From contig BTVJ01000029.1 in NCBI GenBank assembly GCA_045863395.1, forward strand, positions 1 through 64,000: 64,000 bases of DNA. Direction: 5' to 3'. How positions within the stretch are numbered: the stretch's first letter is position 1; every line of letters starts with the position of its first letter. Both the position numbers and the translations under genes were made by a program. The DNA is from Myxococcales bacterium (GTDB lineage Bacteria > Myxococcota_A > UBA9042 > JABWCM01 > BTVJ01). The notes beneath the pieces are model-generated. The model was not told the origin of the DNA. It saw nothing but the letters and a program-made list of their open reading frames with translations, and did not search any database. This document shows, one piece after another, positions 45,592 to 55,982 of this stretch.

Positions 45592-46719
45592 GTGCGCTCG
45601 CTCGCGCTGCTCCTCACGCTGCTCGCTGCCTGCTCCCGCCACGCGCCGCCTCCGGTCGTGGTCCAGGAGATCCCCCTGGTGGATGCGCCTCCCCTCGGGC
45701 CGTCCGACACGCGGGTCCGCGTCACCTTCGTGGACGTGGGCCAGGGCGACGCCATCCTCATCGAGACGCCCTGCGGCGCCGCGCTGATCGACGCGGGGGG
45801 CGAGGACACGCCCGGCTTCAACGGGGCGCGCCGCCTGACCCGCTACCTGGACGCCTGGTTCGCCGCGCGCCCCCACCTGGACCGCACCCTGGAGCTGGTG
45901 GTCCTGACCCACCCGCACATCGACCACATCCGCGGGGCGCCGGAGGTGCTCTCCTCCTTCCGCGTCAAGCGGCTCATCGACAACGGCCAGCCCGGCCGGG
46001 ACGTTGCGGAGCGCCCCATGCGGCTCATCGCCCGCGCCCTGGCTCGGGACCCTGGCATCGCCCGTGCGTCCATCGCGCTGGCTGACATCCCCCCGGAGGG
46101 CCTCACGGGCGACACGGTGGACCCCTTCCTGTGCGATGGGCTCGACCCCCAGCTCCGGGTGCTCTGGGCCCGGGTTGGGGCCGACCCCGGCTGGGGCAGC
46201 TCGTACGGCGTCCCTCGCTTCGACAACGAGAACAACCACAGCGTCGTGCTGCGCCTGGACGTTGGCGAGTCCTCCTTCCTGTTCACCGGCGACCTGGAGG
46301 ACGCCGCGCTGGACGATCTGGTCGCGCGGTACCACGGCACGGGGCTCCTGGACGTGGACGTGGTCAAGGTCGGCCACCACGGCTCCCACAACGGGACCAC
46401 CAAGGGGCTCGTCGACGCGATGAGCCCCGCCATGGCGGTGATCACCATGGGCGCGCCCCAGCGGCAGGCGAGCTGGTCCGCGTGGGCCTTCGGCCACCCC
46501 CGCTGGAAGGCCGTGGAGCTGCTGCTGGCGGGCCTCGGGTGCCCCCGCCCGGCCACCGAGGGCGCGGTCGCGTCCCGCCCGCGTGCCTTCCAGCCCGCGA
46601 CGGTCGAGCGCGCCCTCTATGGCACGGGCTGGGACGGCACGGTCATCCTGGAGGCGAGCGCCGCGGGCGACGTGCGGGTGCTGGCCCCTCCAGTAGACGG
46701 GGTGTGCGACGTGCGGTGA
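45592..46719 (+). CDS. ComEC/Rec2-type metallo-beta-lactamase-fold hydrolase (lipoprotein)
   Basis: GGAGG RBS and GTG start; LAAC; DVGQGDA, THPHIDH, NNHSVV, FTGDLE, HHGSHN, FGHP. Confidence 0.9.
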   Translation: MRSLALLLTLLAACSRHAPPPVVVQEIPLVDAPPLGPSDTRVRVTFVDVGQGDAILIETPCGAALIDAGGEDTPGFNGARRLTRYLDAWFAARPHLDRTLELVVLTHPHIDHIRGAPEVLSSFRVKRLIDNGQPGRDVAERPMRLIARALARDPGIARASIALADIPPEGLTGDTVDPFLCDGLDPQLRVLWARVGADPGWGSSYGVPRFDNENNHSVVLRLDVGESSFLFTGDLEDAALDDLVARYHGTGLLDVDVVKVGHHGSHNGTTKGLVDAMSPAMAVITMGAPQRQASWSAWAFGHPRWKAVELLLAGLGCPRPATEGAVASRPRAFQPATVERALYGTGWDGTVILEASAAGDVRVLAPPVDGVCDVR

Positions 46720-46963
46720 CGCGCCGCCTCGTGATCACCCCGGAGTCGGACCCACGTACACGGACCTCCAGGGGGGATGCTCCAGCGGCCGTATGCACAG
46801 GTACCTTCGGCCCGGGCCCCTACCCTGCCGCCCACCGCCCGCTTGCCCCTCCTTTGGCGCTGCCTACGATGAGACTGATTGGCCTGTCGAATGATTGGCG
46901 GGCCAGCGGCGCTCGTCGATCCATCGCGGAGGCCGTCGTGGGGCGAGCGAGGAGGACTTTCAA

Positions 46964-47818
46964 ATGAGAGTGAACGCACTGATACGATCCCTCGTGATCG
47001 GGTGCTCAATCATGGCGCTCGGACTCACGGAGGCGTGCAAGGGAGACCAGAGCTCAGGCTACCCGGAGGGCGCTCCGTCCACGACGGCGCGACAGGGGAC
47101 CATTGAGACTGGCGACATGACCGCAGAGCAGTGGCTCGACCGAATCGCTCAGCAGGATGTCATGATCGTGGCCCTCGCCAAGCTGGGCGTGGAGAGAGCC
47201 ACCGACGCAAGGCTGGGGGTCTTCGCGAACACGGTGCTCATGGAGCACGCCCGGCTGGCCGTGGAGATTCGGATGCTCAGCGACAGGACTCGAGTCGATC
47301 TCGAAGACAGGATCTCCATGGCTCTCCGCGAGGTGTCGGAGGGCTGGAGCGAGCAATCCGCGTCTGTGGGGACCCCCGCCGAGTCGGTCGCGGCAGCAGA
47401 GTCACACGAGGGCCACGAGGCGGAGCGCGTGTTCGAGCGTGAGTTTCCCGGTGTGGCCCATGAGCCCGAATCCTTCGAAGAGAGCCAGGCGCCTGAAGAG
47501 GGGGGGGAACCACCCCACGGACAGTCGTCCGTAAGGCCCGCAGATCCCCTCGTCGGCCTTCCCATCGAGGCGCTGACCAAGCGGCTCGATACGCAGCACA
47601 GGTCTACGGTCGACGCGCTCCAGCGCGCCGACCGAGGGGCTGCATTCGACAGGGTGTTCGTCACCACGATGGTCGCCCAGCACGAGGCGACGGTGAAGTT
47701 GTTCGAGGCCACGGCCGCGGGGGTGAAGAACGCCCAGATTGAGCGCTTCGCCGTAGAGAGTCTACCGATGGCCCGCCGCCACCTTGAGATGGCGAGGGCG
47801 CTGTCTGTTGGTGACTGA
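46964..47818 (+). CDS. DUF4142 (ferritin-like) exported protein with an acidic insertion
   Basis: GAGGAGG RBS; signal with TEAC; FANTVLMEH; GAAFDRVFVTTMVAQH...FAVESLPMARRHLEMA. Confidence 0.78.
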   Translation: MRVNALIRSLVIGCSIMALGLTEACKGDQSSGYPEGAPSTTARQGTIETGDMTAEQWLDRIAQQDVMIVALAKLGVERATDARLGVFANTVLMEHARLAVEIRMLSDRTRVDLEDRISMALREVSEGWSEQSASVGTPAESVAAAESHEGHEAERVFEREFPGVAHEPESFEESQAPEEGGEPPHGQSSVRPADPLVGLPIEALTKRLDTQHRSTVDALQRADRGAAFDRVFVTTMVAQHEATVKLFEATAAGVKNAQIERFAVESLPMARRHLEMARALSVGD

Positions 47819-48137
47819 CGCGGGTGGACAGGGACCAGGCCGAGCGGTCATGGCAACCGCTGCGGCGTCTGGCCCCGCAGCGCCCGAAGTTCCACTCCGG
47901 CTCGCACCTCACTGCCACGCGGGCTGTCAGTGCCCCGGCGCCTACGGAAGAGCGAGGCCCCGCCTGCGCTCCCGCCGAACCGCCAGCGGGGCGCAGCGGC
48001 GCCCTCCGTGGATCACGTCGTTAGCCGTGGGTCGAGGCGGACGGGTGCGCCCCAGCGAAGTTCCCGCTCAGGTTCCCCTGTGCTCCTCCCGATGTACCAT
48101 CGGTGACGCGCGGAGGCCTGGACCCGGGAGTGGAGAG

Positions 48138-48848
48138 ATGGGCGTCAAGGAGCTGCTACCCATGTCCGTGCGCCTGGGCTACAGGCGCAGCCGGGATACG
48201 GCCCGCATTGCGTGGCGCAACCTCCGCTGCCGCGGGCTCACGGAGGCGGACGTGGCCGCGCTGTACGAGCGGACCTACCACGACGAGCGTGGCTACACGG
48301 CGTCCTCTGAGCACGAGCGGGCCATCAAGGACGCACACGCGGAGTTCATCGTGCGCAACACGACGCCTGCCAAGGTGCTCGTGGCCGGGTGCAGCGCGGG
48401 CGACCTGCTGGTCGCGCTGGAGGAGCGCGGGGTCGAGGCGTGGGGCTTCGACATCTCGCCGGACCTCGACGCCCTGTGCCTGCCCGCGGTCCGCGACCGG
48501 CTCCGCCACGGCTCCATGACGGCAATCCCCTACTCCCCGGAGGACCGCTTCGACGCGGTGGTCGCCACCGACGTGTTCGAGCACGTGCCGCGGCGCAGCA
48601 TCCCGGGCATGGTGGCGGAGCTCGCGCGCCTGAACGCGCCGCACCTGGTCACCTTGATCGATCACGTCTCCCTGCTGGACCCGGGCCACGTGACCCTCAT
48701 GCCCCTGTCATGGTGGCGGGCCCGCCTCCAGGGCGTCTATGCGCTGCGCCCTGAGCGAGCGCTCCGGCGAGACCCTCCCCTCGGTCTGTACGGCCTGGAT
48801 CCGGCCAACCCGAACCAGCTCCTGCGCGTCTGGGATCGGGCGCGCTGA
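48138..48848 (+). CDS. Class I SAM-dependent methyltransferase
   Basis: KVLVAGCSAG, GFDIS, FDAVVATDVFEHV, DPGHVTL..WW; start could also be 48162. Confidence 0.82.
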   Translation: MGVKELLPMSVRLGYRRSRDTARIAWRNLRCRGLTEADVAALYERTYHDERGYTASSEHERAIKDAHAEFIVRNTTPAKVLVAGCSAGDLLVALEERGVEAWGFDISPDLDALCLPAVRDRLRHGSMTAIPYSPEDRFDAVVATDVFEHVPRRSIPGMVAELARLNAPHLVTLIDHVSLLDPGHVTLMPLSWWRARLQGVYALRPERALRRDPPLGLYGLDPANPNQLLRVWDRAR

Positions 48849-48858
48849 CCCTCGGCAC

Positions 48859-50721
48859 CTACTCCAGGACGCCGACGATCGGGGCGGCCACTGCGTTGAC
48901 CTTGAACCCGACGGAGTAGGCGTCCTTGGCGCCGTCCCCGTCGGTGTCCATGTCCAGCGTGAGGAGCGTCTCCACCAGGCCCACGAGCTGATCCGCCGGC
49001 AGGATCAGGAGCCACGGCGGGATCGCGTACAGCGCAGCGAAGAACTCGTCCTGCCGCACGGCTCCCCCGATCACACCGGCGAACGTGGACGGCTTGCCCC
49101 CGGCGCTGGTGACGAGCTTCCCGTACAGGGCGGCAGCGTACATGGTGATCTCGATGTTGGCGCCATCGACGATGGGCAGCGACAAGGGGAAGGTGTAGCT
49201 CGGCCCTCCAGCGGCGAGCATCCCCTTCTCATAGGTGGCGTTGCCGAAGAGGGTGGTCGCGCTGCACGTGTCGGTGTCGACCATGGTCGGGTAGACCAGG
49301 TAGGAGCAGGCGCCGGTACCTGGCGCGCACCCGGGGACGGAGGGCTCACCCACGTAGATGCTGAGCGCGAAGGGCCCGACGGGGGCGCCCAGCGGCCAGT
49401 CCAGCTCCATGAGATACGCCACGTCGCCGCTCTGGACGGCGCTGCCCAGGTTGTCGTTGATCAGCGTCCCAAGCAGGGCAGCCGCGTTGTCGATCCCAGC
49501 TGAGCAGCTCCCCGCGGGGGCGCAGGTCAGAGGGTCCAGGTCCACGTCGAGCCCGTTGGTCGGGTGGCCGTCGGCGCCGATGAGCAGGTTGCTGGCCACC
49601 ATGGAGGTGGGCTCGAAGGTGGGGACGCAGGGCCCGCAGTCCACGGGCGTCCCCTTGCACTTGCCGCTCCCCTGGCAGGCGTCGTCCTGGGTGCAGGCGA
49701 CGCCGTCGTCGCACGGGACCCCCTCGGGCCCCACGGTCACCACGCAGCCGGTGCCCGGAGCGCACCCGTCGAGGGTGCAGGGGTTCCCGTCGTCGCAGGG
49801 GAGCGCGCCCCCACCCGGAACGCACCCGCCCGCCGCGCACGCATCGCCCACGGTGCAGGCGTTGCCATCCTCGCAGGGCGCTCCGTCCGCAGAAGCCGAA
49901 TGCTCGCAGCCGCCCTCCTTGCACGTGTCCGCGGTGCAGGGGTCCCCGTCGTCGCAGGCGCCGTCCGTCGGCAGGTGGACGCAGCCCGAGAACGGGTTGC
50001 AGGCGTCCGCCGTGCACGGGTCCCCGTCGTCGCAGAGCTCCTCGATCGCGGGCAGGCACGCTCCCCCCTGGCACGCCTCGTCCTCGGTGCAGGCATCCCC
50101 GTCGTCGCAGGGGGCGCCATCCGCGTCGAGGTGGGCGCACCCGGTCGCCGCGTCGCAGGCGTCCGCGGTGCACTGGTGCCCGTCGTCGCAGTCCGCCGGC
50201 CCCCCACCCACACACGCGCCGCCCTCACAGGAGTCCCCGATCGTGCAGGCATCTCCGTCCTCACAGGAGCCATCCACAGGGGCGTGCGAGCACCCGCTCG
50301 CGGGGATGCACGAGTCGGCGGTGCATCCGTCTCCATCGTCGCAGTCCCGGGGCTCGCCGGTGCACTCCCCCGCCTTGCACAGCGCCACGACGCAGGCGTG
50401 GGCCGCGGTGCACGGTGCGCCATCGGCGGCCGCCACGAGGGTGCCACCCTTCCCGTCCGCCGCGCAGATTCGGCAGGGGTCGGCGGGGTCGGGAGCCCCG
50501 TCGTCCAGGCACGCGTCGCCCACCACGCAGCCTCCGCAGCCCGCATCGCCGTCATCTGCCGGTTGCGCGCCCACGTCCGGCTCACCGCCCCCCTGGTCCG
50601 GCGAGATCGCGACGTCTGGCACGACCACGACGTCCGCCACGCCGCCATCTGGCCCCGGCTGACCGCTCTCGCTTCCGCACGCGGCCAACAGGGCGACCCC
50701 GAGCGCTCCGATCCAACGCAT
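48859..50721 (-). CDS. Cys-rich lipoprotein with CDDGDPCT (Dictyostelium CTDC-like) repeats and a globular C-terminal domain
   Basis: Lipobox LAAC; about 10 CDDGxxCTxDxC repeats; C-terminal GLDVDLDP..CSAGIDN domain. Confidence 0.85.
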   Translation of the reverse strand: MRWIGALGVALLAACGSESGQPGPDGGVADVVVVPDVAISPDQGGGEPDVGAQPADDGDAGCGGCVVGDACLDDGAPDPADPCRICAADGKGGTLVAAADGAPCTAAHACVVALCKAGECTGEPRDCDDGDGCTADSCIPASGCSHAPVDGSCEDGDACTIGDSCEGGACVGGGPADCDDGHQCTADACDAATGCAHLDADGAPCDDGDACTEDEACQGGACLPAIEELCDDGDPCTADACNPFSGCVHLPTDGACDDGDPCTADTCKEGGCEHSASADGAPCEDGNACTVGDACAAGGCVPGGGALPCDDGNPCTLDGCAPGTGCVVTVGPEGVPCDDGVACTQDDACQGSGKCKGTPVDCGPCVPTFEPTSMVASNLLIGADGHPTNGLDVDLDPLTCAPAGSCSAGIDNAAALLGTLINDNLGSAVQSGDVAYLMELDWPLGAPVGPFALSIYVGEPSVPGCAPGTGACSYLVYPTMVDTDTCSATTLFGNATYEKGMLAAGGPSYTFPLSLPIVDGANIEITMYAAALYGKLVTSAGGKPSTFAGVIGGAVRQDEFFAALYAIPPWLLILPADQLVGLVETLLTLDMDTDGDGAKDAYSVGFKVNAVAAPIVGVLE

Positions 50722-50759
50722 GTCCTTGCTCCTGCGGGCGCCTCGGGCGCCCCGGGTGG

Positions 50760-51908
50760 TCAGAACGTCCCCGAAGCCCCCAGCACGGCGCCGCCCTCGG
50801 GCATGGGGAAGAGGCTCATCTGGAAGGGCGAGGGCCGTGGGTCCTGCCACGCAGCGCTCGGGTCGGCCATGGGGGGGTCGACGAACAGCCAGATGCTCAC
50901 TCCCGCCAGCGCGCCTCCCACGCTGAGCAGCGCGATGCCGACGTCGTCCTTGCTGGTCTCGATGCCCAGGTTCTGGTCCTTCGCCTCCTGGACGTCGCTG
51001 TAGTAAGAGACGACGAGGAACACGCCGACACCCGTGCTCGCGAGGGCCCCTGAGAGGGTCACCCACGCCCAGGTGTAGTCGGCGGCGGGCTGCACGTCGA
51101 ACTCGGCGAAGTTGCACCGCGCCTCCACCACGTCGTCCTGGACGGCCTGGACCTGCACGACGTAGGTGCGATAGCCCGGGAAGCTGCAGGCGACCGTGTG
51201 CTGCCCTGCCGCGACGGGCCGCGCCTCGGTCCAGTTGGCGAGGCGCTCCTTGTCGCTGAGCTCAATGGGGCGGTCGTCGATGGTGATCGTGTGGGACGCC
51301 AGGCTCCCCCGATCAGTCGCCACGACGATGAAGCCGGACGACGGCTCCAGCTCCAGCGTCGCCACGTGGGGCTGCGTGCCGCGCAGCACCACGGTCATCG
51401 GACGGCTCCTGTAGCCCTCCATGCGACCCTCGATGGTGTGCTGCCCTCGGCGGAGCATGACGCGCACCGGCGCAGACCCGACGGGCGCTCCGTCGACGAG
51501 CACCTCGGCCCCCGCCACGTTGGCGACGACCGACAGCTCGATGGGCTGGGCGAGCACCTGGGCGAGGGCCGCGCGGGCGGTCTCGATGCGGCCGAGGTCC
51601 CCGGGGTCCTTCTCCGTCGCCGCGGCGATGTCATAGATGTCGAGGGCGTCCTCGGGCTGGTCGAGCTGCTCCAGGCACTCCGCCTTCTTGACCAGGATGA
51701 TCGACTTGGGGAACAGGGCGTAGGCCTTGTCCAGCACCACGATGGCGTCCTGGTAGCGGCCCGCCTTGAACAGGTCGCGTGCCTGGACATACAGCTTGTG
51801 CGCCTCGCGCTCGTGCTTCGGCGCGGCGCCCGCGGGGGAGCCCGCCAGAGCCACGACCATGAGGAGGAGGAGCACCCGGCGGCACGCCGGGAGGAGGTTG
51901 GGGATCAC
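50760..51908 (-). CDS. Secreted TPR + PEGA domain protein
   Basis: Signal peptide; LFKAGRYQDA..AYALFP TPR; GAEVLVDG..G.HTI..GY PEGA; C-terminal hydrophobic hairpin ending GTF. Confidence 0.88.
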   Translation of the reverse strand: MIPNLLPACRRVLLLLMVVALAGSPAGAAPKHEREAHKLYVQARDLFKAGRYQDAIVVLDKAYALFPKSIILVKKAECLEQLDQPEDALDIYDIAAATEKDPGDLGRIETARAALAQVLAQPIELSVVANVAGAEVLVDGAPVGSAPVRVMLRRGQHTIEGRMEGYRSRPMTVVLRGTQPHVATLELEPSSGFIVVATDRGSLASHTITIDDRPIELSDKERLANWTEARPVAAGQHTVACSFPGYRTYVVQVQAVQDDVVEARCNFAEFDVQPAADYTWAWVTLSGALASTGVGVFLVVSYYSDVQEAKDQNLGIETSKDDVGIALLSVGGALAGVSIWLFVDPPMADPSAAWQDPRPSPFQMSLFPMPEGGAVLGASGTF

Positions 51909-51914
51909 GGATGG

Positions 51915-54041
51915 CTACCAGTCCTTCCACTCCATGTCGCCACCCTTGGACTTCCCGGAGGGCTTCTTGCCCTCGCTTGCGGTGCCCTTCGTGCCCTTCT
52001 GGGCGGGTGGCTTCTTCGGAGTCTCGCCTTTGATGGTCTTCGGGCCTCTTCCAGCGCTCTTCGAGCCGTCGGATGCAGCGCCCTTCTCAGGAACGGCCTC
52101 GGCCTTCGCGCCCGCGGTGTCAGGCGCAGGCGGGTCCACGGCAGGCACCACGGCGGTGAGCTTCACCTCGATGCGCCCGCCGGACGGGACGACCGCCGGA
52201 TCGACCAGCAGCACCTCGTCCTTGTGACCGTCCAACCTCACGACGAGGTTGCGCGCCTCGCCCTGGCCTGGGACCGGCAGCTCGAACGGCGTCGTGCCGA
52301 TGACCTCCGAGCCGTCGAGCACCTCTGCACCCTCCGGCTGCGTGGCGATCAAGACGGACGCCATCTCCGCCGCCTCCGCCGGAGCGGGCTGCGCGGGCTG
52401 CGATGCACCATCCCCACCTGGCGCTGGCGCCGACGGTGGTGCCTCCGCCTTGGCGCCGCCAGGACCGGCCTGCCGCGGCTCGGCCGCCAGGCCCTGCGGG
52501 GGCGCCGCCGGGAGGGAGGCTGCACCCGCTCGGGAGTCTCCGGCCACGCTCGCGGCGAGCTCTGCCAACTCCGTCGCCGCCGAGGCGCCCGGGCTCGGGT
52601 GCAGCCAGTCCGTCAGGAAGTAGATGCTCGCGCCCCCACCGAGCAACACCACCGCGGCGGCGGCCCACAGCCAGGAGCGGCCGGTCCCGCTCGCCGCCTC
52701 GGGCACGCCCGAGGTGGTCGCGTCCTGGCGGAGCTCGTCGCGCGTGAACACCCGCGTCTCCTCTTCCATGGAGGACACGTCCGAGGGCACGGGCAGGAAC
52801 TCGGTGCGGTCAGGGTCGTGCTGCGCCAGGCCGTCGGCCGACAGCAGCATGGTGCGCTCGTCCCAGTCGTCGTCTTGACATGCCGCAGGCGGCGGCGCCG
52901 GGGGCCCGCTCCAGCGCTCGGGGATCGCCTCGGTGCGGGCCCCCTCGCTGCGCTCCCCTTCCTCCTGGAGCATGCTGGGGTCCGGGAGCTGATCCGCCGG
53001 CAGGTACATGGTGGGCCGCGCGTTCAGGTGCATGGACACCACGCGCCCGGCCACGCGCTGTGGCGCCGCCATCAGCGTCATGTCCCCCGGATCGTCGGCC
53101 TCGCGGCGAGGCGGAGGCCGCGGGGGCCCTCCCCGTCTCATGCGCGGCATCTCAGGTGAGCTCAGCAGGTCCTCGATGGTCGCCCCGACCTCCTCGGAGG
53201 AGCCGGGCCGGCGCCCCGGATCCTTCTCGAGCAGCCGCATGACCAGGTGCTCCAGGCCCCCGGGGACGTTGACCGACGGATCCATGGTGCGAAACGGCAG
53301 CACCGGCTCGTGGATGTGCTTCATCACGACGCCGATGGGCGTGTCGGCGCGGAAGGGCGTGACGCCCACCAGCATCTCGTAGAGGATGATCCCCAGGCTG
53401 TAGAGGTCGGTGCGATGGTCCAGGTTCTTCGCCAGGCCCTGCTCCGGCGACAGGTACAGCGGCGTCCCGCAGATGAAGCCGGTCTGGGTCAGCGTCTCCT
53501 GCGTCCCCTCGGTCACGAACTTCGCGATGCCGAAGTCGAGCACCTTCACGAAGTCGCGCTCGCCGTAGATGTCCGACAGGAATACGTTGTCCGGCTTCAG
53601 GTCGCGGTGCACGATGCCCGCCCGGTGCGCCTCTGCCAGCGACTTGCACACCTGCCGCGCGATCTTGCAGGTGCGCAGCGGGTCCATCGGCGCGTCGGTC
53701 CGGATCACCTGGCCCAGCGTGCGCCCCTCGAGGAGCTCCATGGCCAGGAACAGGTGCCCGTCATCCGACTGGCCGTAGTCGAAGACCTTGATCGTGTTCG
53801 GGTGCCGGAGACGGCTCGACGCGAGCGCCTCCTGGTTGAAGCGCTGAAGCAGCCGCTCGTCCTCGGCCAGGGAGCGGGCCATGACCTTGATGGCCACGGT
53901 CTTCCCCATGCTGAGCTGGATCGCCTTGTACACCGCGCTCATGCCGCCGCGACCGATCAGCTCGACGATCTGGTAGCGATTGTCGAAGACCCGCCCGATG
54001 AGCTTTCCCGTATCGGACAGGTTGCTGCTGCTCTGTCGCAA
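51915..54041 (-). CDS. Membrane Ser/Thr protein kinase with extracellular PEGA domain
   Basis: GRGGMS, VAIK, HRDLKPDN, KVLDFG, GTPLYLSPE; TM WLWAAAAVVLLGGG; TQPEGAEV..GTTP. TTG start after GGAGG (ORF track start 54065). Confidence 0.92.
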   Translation of the reverse strand: MRQSSSNLSDTGKLIGRVFDNRYQIVELIGRGGMSAVYKAIQLSMGKTVAIKVMARSLAEDERLLQRFNQEALASSRLRHPNTIKVFDYGQSDDGHLFLAMELLEGRTLGQVIRTDAPMDPLRTCKIARQVCKSLAEAHRAGIVHRDLKPDNVFLSDIYGERDFVKVLDFGIAKFVTEGTQETLTQTGFICGTPLYLSPEQGLAKNLDHRTDLYSLGIILYEMLVGVTPFRADTPIGVVMKHIHEPVLPFRTMDPSVNVPGGLEHLVMRLLEKDPGRRPGSSEEVGATIEDLLSSPEMPRMRRGGPPRPPPRREADDPGDMTLMAAPQRVAGRVVSMHLNARPTMYLPADQLPDPSMLQEEGERSEGARTEAIPERWSGPPAPPPAACQDDDWDERTMLLSADGLAQHDPDRTEFLPVPSDVSSMEEETRVFTRDELRQDATTSGVPEAASGTGRSWLWAAAAVVLLGGGASIYFLTDWLHPSPGASAATELAELAASVAGDSRAGAASLPAAPPQGLAAEPRQAGPGGAKAEAPPSAPAPGGDGASQPAQPAPAEAAEMASVLIATQPEGAEVLDGSEVIGTTPFELPVPGQGEARNLVVRLDGHKDEVLLVDPAVVPSGGRIEVKLTAVVPAVDPPAPDTAGAKAEAVPEKGAASDGSKSAGRGPKTIKGETPKKPPAQKGTKGTASEGKKPSGKSKGGDMEWKDW

Positions 54042-54095
54042 GGAGCCTCCCACGTGCGCGCGCACGGCGGCCGCGAGCGTACCGGTGACGCTCCG

Positions 54096-54124
54096 ATTGT
54101 AGGGGCGCCCCCGTGATTTTGCAA
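54096..54124 (-). promoter_or_regulatory. Near-consensus sigma70 promoter for the kinase/PEGA/Cys-rich operon
   Basis: Minus strand TTGCAA-17 nt-TACAAT. Confidence 0.65.
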
Positions 54125-54347
54125 ACCAATCTCCCCCTCACCCCGCGACGTCGCACGCTGCGAAACCGGTCACGCGGGGGCGGTTACACAACGCGCGGGG
54201 TGGCGCGGGGATCTTCCGCGCTCCTGCGTCTTCGTGACGCAGCCGACGCGGGCGACCCGGGACGTCGAGGTCTGCTTGCGCGTACCGGCACAATCGATCT
54301 AGCCTGTGCCCTCGACGAGCCACCACCCCCTGTCCTGGAGTCTCCCC

Positions 54348-55982
54348 ATGCCGCGCTGGAAGATCCTCGCCGTCGTGATCGCCGGCTTGGCCCTGGCCGC
54401 CCTGTCGGGCGCCGGGCCGGCTCGTGCCGACGTGGTCGCACCCACGGTTGGACCTGCCGCCTCCGCGGCCGCCTCGCCCGACGACACGGCCTCCGCACGC
54501 CCCGCCGAGGCGAGCGCGGCGGCGGCATCGCCCGGGGCCGGCCAGCCTGCGGCGGAGGTGTGCACTCCCAAGCCACCGAAGAAGCCGAACTGGGGAGAGC
54601 AGATCCCCCCCATCCTGGTCCTGCTGCTCGTCATCGGGGTGGTGATCGCGCGCCTCCCGCGCCAGGACCTGGGCCACTCCATGGCCTTCCGGCGGCGGCG
54701 GGTCCTCAACTGGCTGCCGCTCGGCCTGACCTACTCGTTCCTCTACATGGCCCGCTACAACCTCAACGCTGCGAAGCTCGCCCTGGAGTGCACCGTCACC
54801 GTGGACGACTTCAGCGCCATCTTCGCGGCCGGCACGGTGACCTACGGCATCTCCTTCCTGATCAACGGCCCGCTGACGGACCGCATCGGCGGGAAGCTGG
54901 CCATCCTGATCGGAGCCATCGGCGCGGCGATCATGAACATAGCGATGGGCCTCGCCATCGACCTGGACCTGGGCACGGGCATCGTGCCCCTCTACATGGT
55001 CCTCTACTCCGCCAACATGTACTTCCAGAGCTTCGGCGCCGTCGCCATCGTCAAGGTCAACGCGCCCTGGTTCCACGTACGAGAGCGCGGCACCTTCGGC
55101 GCCATCTTCGGGATCCTGATCTCGCTGGGCCTCTACTTCGCCTACGACTGGGGCGGGGTCATCACGAGCGTCCTTCCGACCCAGTGGGTCTTCTACATCC
55201 CGGCTGCCATCTTGCTGGTCTTCGCGGCCCTGGACGCCGCCTTCGTGCGGGACAGCCCGGGGCAGGCCGGCCACGCCGACTTCGACACGGCGGACGCCTC
55301 GTCGGGCGACGACGGGCCCCGGCTGCCGGTGGTCAAGGTCTTCAAGATGCTGCTGGGCAACCCCGTGATCCTGACCATCGCCTTCATCGAGTTCTGCAGC
55401 GGGTTCCTGCGGCAGGCCATCATGCAGTACTACAAGATCTACGCGAAGGCCATCGGGCAGGCGAGCGGCTGGATCTACGACAACTGGGGACTGATCCTGT
55501 GCATCGCCGGCGTCCTCGGCGGGACGGTCGCGGGTCTGATCAGCGACAGGGTGTTCGGCTCCCGGCGCGGGCCCGTGGCGGCGCTCCTCTATGCGGTGAT
55601 GCTCGTCGGGTCCCTCATCGCGCTCATGCTGCTCGGCAACCCGTTGATCGGCGTGCTCATGAGCGTCATGTCCATGGCGATCATCGGCGTGCACGGAATG
55701 CTCTCGGGCACCGCCAGCATGGACTTCGGCGGGCGGCGCAACGCGGGGGTCGCGGTCGGCATCATCGACGGCTTCGTCTACCTCGGGACGGGCTTCATGT
55801 CGGCCCTCTACTTCGCCGTCCTCCCCGGCAAGGACGCCGAGGGCGACCCCGCCGCGTGGATCGCGTGGCCGCTGGCCATGGTGCCCATGGCCCTGTTGGG
55901 GCTCGTGCTGGCACGTCGCATCTGGCACGCCATGCCCAAGGGCAAGGGCCCCGCCGCTCCGCAACCAGGGAAGGCCGGGTGA
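54348..55982 (+). CDS. MFS transporter, GlpT/UhpT (organophosphate:Pi antiporter)-like, with an N-terminal extension
   Basis: YSFLYMARYN, GPLTDRIG, YFQSFG, WFHVRERG, RDSP, SDRVFGSRRGP, GIIDGFVYLG. Confidence 0.88.
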   Translation: MPRWKILAVVIAGLALAALSGAGPARADVVAPTVGPAASAAASPDDTASARPAEASAAAASPGAGQPAAEVCTPKPPKKPNWGEQIPPILVLLLVIGVVIARLPRQDLGHSMAFRRRRVLNWLPLGLTYSFLYMARYNLNAAKLALECTVTVDDFSAIFAAGTVTYGISFLINGPLTDRIGGKLAILIGAIGAAIMNIAMGLAIDLDLGTGIVPLYMVLYSANMYFQSFGAVAIVKVNAPWFHVRERGTFGAIFGILISLGLYFAYDWGGVITSVLPTQWVFYIPAAILLVFAALDAAFVRDSPGQAGHADFDTADASSGDDGPRLPVVKVFKMLLGNPVILTIAFIEFCSGFLRQAIMQYYKIYAKAIGQASGWIYDNWGLILCIAGVLGGTVAGLISDRVFGSRRGPVAALLYAVMLVGSLIALMLLGNPLIGVLMSVMSMAIIGVHGMLSGTASMDFGGRRNAGVAVGIIDGFVYLGTGFMSALYFAVLPGKDAEGDPAAWIAWPLAMVPMALLGLVLARRIWHAMPKGKGPAAPQPGKAG

